From contig NMRA01000008.1 of the NCBI GenBank assembly GCA_002633005.1, forward strand, positions 1,131,974-1,195,973: 64,000 nt of DNA, written 5' to 3'. This DNA is from Phoronis australis. Taxonomy: Eukaryota > Animalia > Phoronida. Positions 49,501 to 61,500 of this stretch are shown in pieces. Below the pieces are notes generated by a model. It was given only the letters and a program-made list of their open reading frames with translations, was not told the origin of the DNA and made no database searches. Every line of letters starts with the position of its first letter. Within the stretch, counting starts at the first letter, position 1. The position numbers and the translations under genes were made by a program.

Positions 49501-52500
49501 TCTGTAGCTGAGATATGTCTACATTCATCCTTCCTATCAAAGCAGAACTTGTCCCATCACCATCCTGAACACTGCTCACATCTAATACACCGGAGTCGTT
49601 GCTACTTCTACTCGCAGTACCTCTTGACTTCACTGCACTTGGGTTTTCCTGGAAACATAACATTTGCAAAAACACCTTTTGTCAATTACTTCAGTCAAGT
49701 TACAGCTTTTCAGCATTAAATTTGTGTTATTATGCATGAGGGTTACCGTAACCATAAATGAAATGTGAAAAAAGGAAGCGGGTTAGAAAAACAGACAATG
49801 ACATGGAACGCAACTATAGCTGAGGAATAATCAATTTTAAGTTTCTCCTAAAGTGAAACTACCAAACATTGCCGGAAACCACGCCAGCCACTGTTAATGC
49901 ATTGGAAAGTATGCACCAGAAGTGAGCAGTGAACCTTTTGATACTTGTACAATGACACGTGTTTGACTATGGCACCATCATTCTGGGAAATTCACTTTAA
50001 CAAGCTAAAATTCTCATTGAATGCAACTTGTGAAATTTCCACTTGAAGACAATCAGCTGAAAGCAATTATTCTCTGAAGAATTGTGACCAAGGCTTTTTA
50101 TTTCTGACCCATTAATGTACTTTAGAGCCACATTTTGCCATTTAGCTGGCTAAAACGAAAATCAAGTCGGGCCTTTTACTATCATAAATTGGTCTCGTAA
50201 TATACCTTACTGAGATAGGATTCCATTTCTGTTACCAACAAGAACTTCAAAACCATCAGTGACTCAAGATAATGCTTTTGAGTTTATTGGGCTTTGAAAA
50301 CAATAAAATTGCAGATTCAATGTGTGCATTGCCATATTATTCGATAATAATTCAAGATCATCCGAGTTTCATAACGTTTTAAACCTGAAAGCATTTCGGT
50401 TAAGAATTTCAACATGGACAGCTAAACAGGGGTGAAATGTAGCTTTAAGTGACTGTTCTACTGAATAGGATCAACTTGTTAGCCAATCGTCTTGGCATTG
50501 CTTTTGAGTACATAATTCAAAAGTTATTTATTAAGAAATTTGATCCTTGGTAACAGCGGTAGAATACTATCTACTTAATACTTTCCCAATAACATGTAGC
50601 CACTTGAAATGAAACTTGTGTCCCTGTTGAAAATATTTTATACACATGCAATAAGACAATAAAAGCACCCATTTTTGGTATTAACCAAAATCTGTAGTTT
50701 AGTAAAAAATATACCACATGAAGACCAATATACCCTGCAACCTTGGCATGTGTCTTACAAGAATGCCAAGGCAGAACTAAACACAAGAAACATAAAATCT
50801 GATTTTCTATTCAGTATAAGAATTAAAAGAGCCACATAATTTCCTCCACACCAACAGCTTAAAATGAAAATTACAAAATAGTCTGATTAAGTCTAAGCTG
50901 AAGTCAAGAATTGACCTTGTCAAAACAGCACTTGGTTTCTACAATCAAAAAAGGACTTTCAAGAAGAAATGGGTACTGATCAAATGGGCAGGTGACTTAT
51001 TGCCACCTGGCTGCACCAGGAGGTACTCGTTTTTCACAGCAGGTGGCATGGGAAACATTTTTGACTTTGTGCAAATGTTCATTTACTGTGTTTGAGATTA
51101 GACGTGATGCGTTTGTAGTAAATTTGCCTCCTGAACCTCTAGAGGTCACTAATATCCAGTCCCATGAGATCAGTCATCATGTTGTTACACAAAAGTTTCC
51201 CACAGAGACTAACAGCGATGAATATAAAGCAGCCAAATTACGAAAGCGTTGACCAATCTGATCAAAACTGACATTCTTTGACATTCTTTTTCACTTGATG
51301 TTATTCTGAATGATCTTTTTAGGAAGGGAAATCTTTCAGTATAATAGTATGGAACGTTTGTGGTCATATTCATTTTGTGTGGTTGAATAACTGGGTTAGT
51401 ATCTTTCTATTAGCCAGTAAATGTGTAGGAAATGTGGCTTTCAGTTAGATTAGATTAGATTAGTTGGGACCACTACCTTAGAGCTATGAGTACCACTGGC
51501 CACTAATGGGTTGAAGGCGGAGTGAACAGAAACATTCAACGAGGCTACGCTCCCTCCCATATGGCGAGAAGTGAGGAACGAATCGTACTCCACACCGAGC
51601 TTCTTGTCATTCAGAGCTGCTATCATGTCTGGGTGCAGGCGCAACGTTTCGAACTGAATCAACAAACTTGAGGTGAGAGGTAGAAAGAATTATAAGCCAT
51701 ATCTAGACAATCTTGAACACTGAAGTCTAAACCCTATTCACCAGTCTACACACTTAGCTAAATATCTAACAAACTATTAACTCAAGTATATGTTTTAGAA
51801 AGCGTGCAGATTTAGTTTTTTTTACCTTTTATCAATCTGCTAGTAACTTGATCCCATGGCCATGCCTTTTTGAACCTTCTGCTAACTGCACAGATGCTGG
51901 CCACAGGTGGCGTGCTGGGACATTTGCATGTCGGTTTAAGACTTATATATTTATGTATCAGTTATTTTGACAACAAATTTAAGCTTTGTAGTGCCAAAGC
52001 TAGTTTAAAGAATGGACACTATATAAGAACTATTTTCAAGAACATTACAACTAGAGTTCGAAATTGGGTTGAGGTATTCACCAAGCAGAGGCACATATCA
52101 AGACAATTAACTGGGTAACTAATTGGTACCAGACAATTTATGATAGTTTTAAAAAAATCTTACTGAAAATTGCCAAACTTTTAGAGCCAAATGTTCAGTA
52201 AATTGTTTACCGCTTGTTTCCTTCTTAATACCTTGCAATATCTGCAGCAGATTTTACAAAACAACTTTGATGTGATCTTTACGTCCTTAACTGCACTATA
52301 TTTACCTTTTCACAACCGACTGACTGAAGAACTAACTTCTGGAGGTGACTCTCCATCACATCCAGCCAGTTGAGACTTTTCTTAGCAAAATATGGTCGCC
52401 AAGTCTGTAAACTAATCAAAGCGCAAAAACATGTTTTCATTAACTTTAAGAAATAATAAACCCAGTTCAAACGATTTCAATCAGTCCTCATTCTGCCCAC

Positions 52501-55500
52501 ATCCTGTGCATCATTGGCGTCTCTCTTGCTTAACAGAAAGACGACTCCACTAATAAAAACATGTACACTGTGTCACAGAATGAATGCTATGGGAAAGACC
52601 ACCCACCAAGTACTTTTGTGACTCGACTAAAGCGTAGGTCACGCTTGCCAGTTTAACAGACTTAGTAAGCAGTTTTCAAATCTGCTACAAACTTTTGAGG
52701 GTAGACGAAAGTTACAGAATTTGTTTTGTTTAAAAGGGCTGGATGGGACAGTCATTGTTAATATCTATTGAAATGCCAAAACACAATTTAGTATCCCTTT
52801 ATCAAGGCAAAGATGCATGGTTTTGACAATTACAAAATACTTAACAACCATACGTATATTGCCTGTTGACATTTTCTATTCCAAGCTTACTGTGTGATTT
52901 TTAACAACCACTGTTACTGTACAATCACAGAGGCTGTTAAAACAAGCTGCTTCATAAAAGTATAGTTATGCACTAGAGTATACTTTACACCACCATGTAA
53001 CGCTTTATGCATTTAAGTGTATAATTATGTATTAATTTCCAAAAATAATATCTTCAGTACATTTAGTAAATTCTGTCAAAAACCATCAAGGAATTCATTA
53101 CAAAACCAGCCAAACATTTTGCTGCGAAAGCAACACCTTTTCAATAACAAATCATTTACTTATAACATATTTTTTATCAACAGCACTTTGGCAACAACTG
53201 ACTACCGGAAACATTATGACAAAATGAGAAAAGCTAAAAATCAAATCTTAATTTGACACTCACTCAGAGGAGATCCAATCTGTCCACTCCATGTCCAGCT
53301 GGTGCAATCTGTAAGCCAGGCTGACCATCAGTAAGTCTATCTCGTCGTGATGCTGAAACCAAATAAATCAGTACATGACAAATGTAATCAAAAAAATGTC
53401 ATTTCCTAGTCATGACGCTTATTTCTGCTACCATAGTGACTGATAACTATTATGGCAACAAAATGGCTTAGCCGCTCTCCTGTTAATTCCCCGACATTTT
53501 CGGTCATGAGGGAAGACCACTCTGACAAAGAATTTGTCAATGACTTCTGCCCAGCGGTGATGACTGGGAATTTTGAGTCATTTTGTCTGAATACTTTTGG
53601 CTTGTACTGTGCCTGTACACAGGTACTAGACTATAAGACCTTCCTCATTAATGCCCACAGGTTGGTGTCCGTACACAGGTACCAGACTATAAGACCTTCC
53701 TCATTGATGTCCACAGGTTGGTGTTCGTACACAGGTACTAGACTATAAGACCTTCCTCATTAATACCCACAGGTTGGTGTCCGTACACAGGTACTAACTA
53801 GACTATGAGACCTTCCTCATTAATACCCACAGGTTGGTGTTTTGGAAAGTCTCAACCGATAAGAAAGCTTACATTCCCATCTGGAATCAGTTTAGGACAC
53901 AATATGGCGGACAAGTGAAATTTATGTTTCGCCTCTATAGCCATTAAAGATATGCAACACCAACTACACTTTACCATAACTGAGTGCAGTTATCAATAAC
54001 TAGTTTGAAAAGTTTACTTCACCACTGAAACAGTTTGAAAATTTCCTAGAAACAGAAAATCTAATCTCCTTTAACACAATAATTCAAAAGTCTATGGTTT
54101 TACGTGTCTTGGTACATACTGTTTGCTCTGTTCTCTGCTCACACAATGCTATCACATCAGCCATCAAGTAGCCATAAAATGCCAATGCTGAAGAGCCGCT
54201 GATGTCAAAGTACCTGAAATGCGTGTTAAGCACAAATTAAAACCAGTGCAGGAAATGTTCAACTCTATGACTAGTGGATAAACATGCAACTTAAAGTGGC
54301 ATTAAACCTTGCATGTTTTCCGTTAAAAAACAAGTTTTGATTTAGACCAACTACTATTATGGAATTGGTCTTCAAATTGTCTTTGTCAAAATAGGTCCGC
54401 TTTCAGGGTTTGAAAGAAAACTGACAATTCATTGTTTCTTCAGATCAAGCTCATAAAATTTCAAGCCACAGCGCCACCTGAATTTTTATTAACTGTTACT
54501 TCCTGCCGAGCCCAGAGATCAATTCTGCACTGAGTAAGGAACACGGCAACACAAATTTTATGACGGTAAGTGGCCTAAATCAGAAAGCACGGGTTTAACA
54601 AGATAAACCTTAATCTGATCAATAATGACTGACATTCAGCTATCATTTTAACCTTCAAATTAGTGCATGAACTCAGATGGTTGTTTTGACAGACACTTAA
54701 ACAGCGTTGCCACAAATCAGCAGTCAAATTCATCAACAAAAAAGTCGTGTATTGTATCAAAACATATTTTCTGGGACACGATCGCAGACACGTGACCACT
54801 ACCACTGCCGACCTTCAGCCTTCCATAAAACATGCCAGGAGTTTTTAAAACATTTTGCAACATAAATAACTATTCCTGAGAAATGGGTGTCTCAAAAGTC
54901 ACAAGGTGGCACTAGTAAAGAAATCGGCCCCTTTCCAATATTTAAATATAGGTATATGTGAGAGAGTATGATTTTTTTCAGTCAACCATCGTTTAACTAA
55001 TGCCCCAAAATGAAATTTATGTTCTTCACTGGTCAAGATTGGTGAGCCCTACAAAAGCCAAGAACGTACCTTTCAAAGGTAGCCTGATAATTCTGTTTGT
55101 AGTCGGTCACTTCATCTCGAATGTTCATCAAAATTACATTAAGCTGAAAAGGTAAACATCATATGACGTTCACATATTGCATTAATACACTGCCACTTAA
55201 ACTCCTGTCCTCTGATTGGCTAAAACAGGATATGATAACGTCTGTTATTAGATGATGTTGACCAGCTAGCCGTGTGATATTCAAGCGATCTGGACAACAG
55301 AGGTCGCTACCTGCGAAGTGACCCATCAGGTCGTGTAAACAAAGTGAGCAGATTATGACAGTACATCAAAGCAAGAAAAAACATGCCGATCTAATAAGAG
55401 ACAAGGACGAAATAAGCATGTACAGTTGCTGTATAGCACATATAGACCAGTCCCTTGGCCTAGCACAACATTGCTCATCCTCAGTCCACATAAAAATTGA

Positions 55501-58500
55501 CATTGCCTTCAAGATCGGTCTATATTAATATAGCATCTATCCATTCAAATGTACATTTCACGTCATCTTAGAAAAAATGTGATACCAGTACAGGAACTAC
55601 GTTCTAATTTCTGATACACCAAGCCAGCATTACTAATTTCTACACCACAACACTATGGGTTGAGTAAAGTAGATTGACAGCTGAGTAAAGTAGATTGACA
55701 GCCACAGCAGCTATCTACCCCCAACACATACTTGACTAGTGTATAACAACTCACCAGTTTAGGAGACAGTTCAAAAGGGTCCATATTCAACTGGGAAGTA
55801 GCTATAAATTTATGCCTCTCGTAAGCAGTCTCAAAACTTCGCTCGACGTAGTAATGCAGCCATTCTGCAGTGGACTTCTGGGTCTTCTCCGTCAGATAAG
55901 ATTCAATCTCAAGGAGCGAAGACAGCAAGTGGATCAAGCATTCTAGAAAAACACAAAACAGCGAAGGTCCTTAATCATAAAAAAGGCATCGCTACCAGAA
56001 ATTCCTCAGAAGTTCAGCAAAAACAGTTGTCAAAATTTCACAGAATTTACCCGTCGCAAACACAATCGTTGACGAAGTGGAGCACTTAATCATCTCTCCA
56101 CCCGTCCACCCCAGCAGCAGGAGACACAATGTACCTAAACTGATGTTACCTGTAAGGTGTTGGTTTTTCCACTTTCTGAGAATTTCTCTACATTGGGTTG
56201 AGGTGGACGTCCCCGAATTCGACATTTGAGTCACAACACCATTAAGCAGACAATTTTTGCACAGCGTTGTTTGTCATTACCCTACATTTCAAAGTATGGC
56301 TACCTCGTTATAAAGAATTCAATTTTACCAAGAGTTGTTTTCATGATAGCTATACAGTACAAGCTGTACACCAAGCGAAAACTGCCGTGTGCCCCAGTTA
56401 GTTACCCATGGGTGCACAGCTCATCCCACACACGCTGTTACTCCAAATGCAGCCCTCTAACTACAGTATGCTTCGTGAGATCTCAGTTATCTTTATGGCT
56501 GGTTAAGTTCTAAGAATACAGATACTGCATGAGCATTGGAGAACACTCTCCCACACATGGCGTGTGGCTTTGGCTGTGCACCGCAAATATTATCCAACAC
56601 TGTACACTAGAAATCAATCGCAATGGGATCACACCGGGAGACACAGCCAATAGCACTTACTCAGAGCTTATACGTGATGTTACAACTGCTGCGCATAAAG
56701 TACGCACGACCGAAACTGCTGTGCGGCTACTATTAATAATTTTGACTGAGAAATCTAAATATATAAATTTCTAATCATCTCCACCATTGTGAGCTAAACA
56801 GGTGAAGAACTACCACAGCACAACTGCAAATAAATTGAAATGCATGGCTTAAGGCCACACGAAAAAAATGTCTAGCAACTGACAAAAAAGAGGAAATTTT
56901 TCCAGGTGATGTATCGTTTCACAAATAAATAGGCTAGTGTAATAAAAGTATAAATTTGTGAGTTGTGAAATTTAACTGAAATAAACGTTTTTGTTTGCAT
57001 TAACTTAAAATACAGATAAAAAGGAAACTAAATCCAACAAAAGGAAATTGAAACCAAAAAAGAGGAAATCCTGAGCGTGCAGAGATGATGTAAGTGGATG
57101 ATTGGAGTGATTCTTGTCCAACTGACACTCATGGTGGTCTCGACAAGTGTAATTATAGTCGCCATCAACTTACCAACGGCTTCGGCAGGCTTGTTTTCTG
57201 GATACAGTCGTTTCATTTTATTAAGAAAGTTACCCGTCTGGTCATGAAGCCAGGCTATTGTGTAGAGCAAGATGTCATACTGGAATAAAATTGCATGCAA
57301 TGGTAAACAGGAGGATATCATTCGGGAATGAACAGGTATATAGAGGTACACCATAGTATACAGTATTGTTATGGAATGAAATGGTATGCAGCGGTACACA
57401 ATGGTATACAATATTGTTAAGGTATACAGTGATACATAATGGTATCCAGTATTATGGAGGTGCAATATGGTACACAGTACTATGGAATGAAATGGTACAT
57501 TGTAGTATACAATCATATACAGTTGTTATGCAATGAAATGGTACGCATTGGTATACAACCATACACAGCAGAATAAGGAACTAGTATGCAAAGAACACGT
57601 AATACACTAAGATGTCATTATGGAATCACAACGGCACTAATTCCCTCAGTACTTCTCTTCATTGAAAGTGTCATGCAGATTGTCTAACATTCCATTACAC
57701 CAACTTCTATGGGAGCCATAGCCTCAAAACAAAACTCCTATAGTAGCCAACAGCTTAGATTTAGAACACCCAAATAGAACTACGGTAAAAATTCTTTAAT
57801 TTGGTACAAAAATGAAAAATTGCTAAAATTGCCACATTTATATTTTTCAGAGGCTTGCCATGTGTTTGCACATGCTCAAACTTTTACCAAATGTTGTTTG
57901 GTAATAGCAACACCATAAAAACCATGCTTAAAGCAAATTAAATTATATTTGTAGAGAAACTTGACGAAATGCAATTTCACCTATTGCGTCCTAAACTGAA
58001 AAAATTTTACCATTCATGATATTTGAAAATGCTCAAAGTCTTTGCCCACGCAATACTTACCTCTTGCTTTACCATTATGACTCTAGTTTTACTGCCTGGC
58101 AACAGAGCTCTAATACGAGTCAATGTCTCATAAACGTGTAGCACATATTTGGTGTCACTGTCATAGTGCTCGACTAGGTACTGGAGGTAGATTATCTGTT
58201 GATAGAGCTCGCCCTGAAAACAAAGTGCTTAAATGGGCAACTGTCGATGGAGACAGAGTGAACAGCTATTAGGACTTATCAAGCAAAAGAGACAATACGG
58301 CATCTCTACAGTATGTCTGTTCTATGAGCGAAGTTAGCACTTGGGTTAAATTATAGAAACAAACATTTAACATGATTAAAAATGTAAAGGTGTGACATGG
58401 AAAAAAAATAAATCACAGTTAACTTTGTTCCAACAAAATCAAAATTCAAAGACTTTCAATCACGTGTTTCTCCATATCTTACATTAAAAATTAAGAAAAA

Positions 58501-61500
58501 CACCATTCCTAATTCAAAAAGATCAAAATTTCCCTTTTCTTTCATACTGTGTACATAATAGAAGCTTCACCATATTTTTCTCCAATAAATGCCTGTAAAC
58601 CCCGAGCCAGACATAAAAGACTCCTTCACCTGACCTTATCACAAGGTCTTGGAGCCTCCTTTTGACAAAAAAAGACTCAACTTACGATTCCGTATCGGAG
58701 AGCGAACTCTTTCAGCAGTCTTTGAGAAGATAACGACAAGAATATAGCACCGTGAATGGAAGGTATATGGCCTGGTTGTCTACCTTCGTTATCATACCTG
58801 GGTAAAGGTGAATAAATTACACAGATGAAGTAACAACTAACGATGAAGAATATTGCAACATCACTCCTGGAGGAAACCACATGAATAAGATATCAGTCTG
58901 AAGAATTATTTTATGGCAGCCCAGCCAGCTAATTGATTTTGGCAAAAAATGTCTGGTTGGGTCAATATATCTTGGAGGACAACACAGACAAAATATCAGG
59001 ACTGCATTCCGCAGACCCAAAGAGCATGTGAACATAAGACTTCGTGAGATATCGACATGCATTACAAGCGAAGCACACAATCACATTAGCTTTACTTATA
59101 AAATTCTGGCGTCTACCAAACACAGCCTGAGTGGCTAACCTTTGTTAACAGCAAAACTGACTGGTAATAACTATTATGTCGACAAAATTTTTATTTATTT
59201 ACTGCGTTCCTGTTATTTCCCTAGTAAATCACGAGGGAAGGCTACTCTTACGATACATTTGGCTTCTGCTCATCATAATGGCAGGAAATTCTATGTTAGT
59301 TTGGCTGAATACTTTTGATGTGTGCCACTACACTTCAGTGTAATGTACACATTGCTTTTAACCTCGAGATACATTTACTCATTAAAACCAATTGTGACCT
59401 CACTGAAACAAGCACACTTGTGCGAGTCTACACCCACATACAATAGATTGCTCCAAGTGAGAATTGTACAATAATTCTTCACTTAGTTGGCACACAATAT
59501 GCCTGACAAGTGAGATGCTATTGCCAAATTTTTCACAAAACTAAAGGCTAAGAAAATTTTTGTCAATTACCAGCATTGTTTGTACTATGTAGATTTCTTA
59601 AAACAACATTTTGTAATAAGTTTCCATTATTTGTACCAAAGTAGTCGGCCTTTGAAAAATGGAAAAGAAAAACAAAATTGGCGATTATCATTGAATGAAG
59701 CAAGTGAAGACTTATCGTATAGTATATAAAACAAAGACAACCTCAAACAAAAATTAGTTTGTTTTATGACAGAAAATTCCTCCACATAAAAGCTTGCTGA
59801 ACCCAACACAGTCCGTTAAGTCTACTTCATACCTGAGTAGTGTATTCTGCAACAGTCTGTAATCCTCATGTTTACTTTGCAGGTCCATCACTTGACTACC
59901 ACTAGGTGGCGGTAGAGAGTGGCCCCAGACCTTACTGATTAGATCCATGATCTGGTGACGTTGACTCTGCTGCCAAAGGTCATAGCCATTACGGCTCTGA
60001 AATGTTAAAGATCCGACGCATACATCAATATGGCGCTGCTCTCATTTTTCAAATGCATTGTGCGGCAGTTGTCAGTTTGTAAACACAGTGACATCACAGA
60101 AAACTTGTGGACATGTGACCGGACTCATAATTTATATTTTAGAAAGTGAGATTTGACCTCAGCGTGACCAGAAAGCGTATTCTTTGAGAATCTGGTGCGC
60201 TTAAGACATGCCAACCTAAGTAATTTGTTCCACGCATATTCATGCTCTCTTTCAATTTCTCATTTTTCTTAAATGGTTGCTGTGTCATAATCACACACCA
60301 AAAAGCATTTTGAAGTGGACCCGTGCTTTCAATTCTGATGTATGCAAGCAGAATTTCACTAACGATTTTAAAAATAGGGAGTCCAAAAAATGGGCTTCTA
60401 AATTTCTCAGGGCACCAACGACAAATGATGTGTGACTGCATTTTAATTACTCCAAGTCAAATCGCTGTTACAATGTATCAATATGTTACTGTGGAAACAT
60501 GAGTTTGAAATAAAGTTTATTGCATCTTACATCATACCTCAAATAACTAGATTCATATTCTGGACAGACCAATGAGCCCCCAGAGCTACAGCGAGCAAGT
60601 GAAAAGAAACACCAATGCTTACTTCCTTCCTTTATTTGTTCCTCCAAATGCTAAAGAGTGAGTTAGAATGCTGTATAAGACGTCCTTGTTAGGATGTCTA
60701 AATTGTAGTCAGGGTGTCTATTTAGACACGAAGGATGTCTTCTACTGTAACAGTGTAGTAGCAACAGCCCTTATAATTTACTTATAGTTCAAAGCTGCTT
60801 TTAGAAAATAATCTATGTCATGTTGAATACAGTAATTTAGAAAAATATCTCGCCTAATCTAAATGTTACCATTCTTTTTTCGACTTCTAATGAAAAAAAG
60901 CAAAAAAGTCTCCGACTACAAGACCACATTGCCTCTACATGATACACTCATTAACATAATATATTTTTAAAGGAGCAATAAACTCATGTCCTCTGTCAAG
61001 AACCAACTTTTGATTTTTTGCCAAACAGTTACAAAACTGCTCTCATCTTGTTCCAACTCAGATTAGAAACGATTTCAAGACTTGTCTGAGAAGAACTGGC
61101 AGGCCAATAAGTTGCTTCTCGCCGTGGTTTAATGCTAACCAAAAACTGATATGGCCTCTAGGGGAATTCAAGAGTTCCCGCCTATTAATAGCAACCAATT
61201 TCAAGGCAAACTAAGGATAAGAACACCATGGCGCAGCTATGGAAAACCAAGCCCGCATGCGAAGAAAGTCTGTGTGTTTTTAACACCTGAACATAGCTTA
61301 TATATAGCCACTTAAAGTCTGTGTGTTTTTAACACCTGAACATAGCTTATATATAGCCACTTAAACATTTCGGTCTAAACAACGAGCATGATTTCCTGTG
61401 TAGCATCATTACACAAGTGACTGACTGGACTTCAAATTAATGAGGGGTATTCCACAAATGAGTAATGAACGAATTGCACGAGTACATGTCAACTAGTGTT

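Noticed and set aside
57280-57516. N-terminal part of the 162-aa ORF
   Set aside because: Derived from an intronic degenerate tandem repeat; only 57174-57279 is bounded by splice sites.
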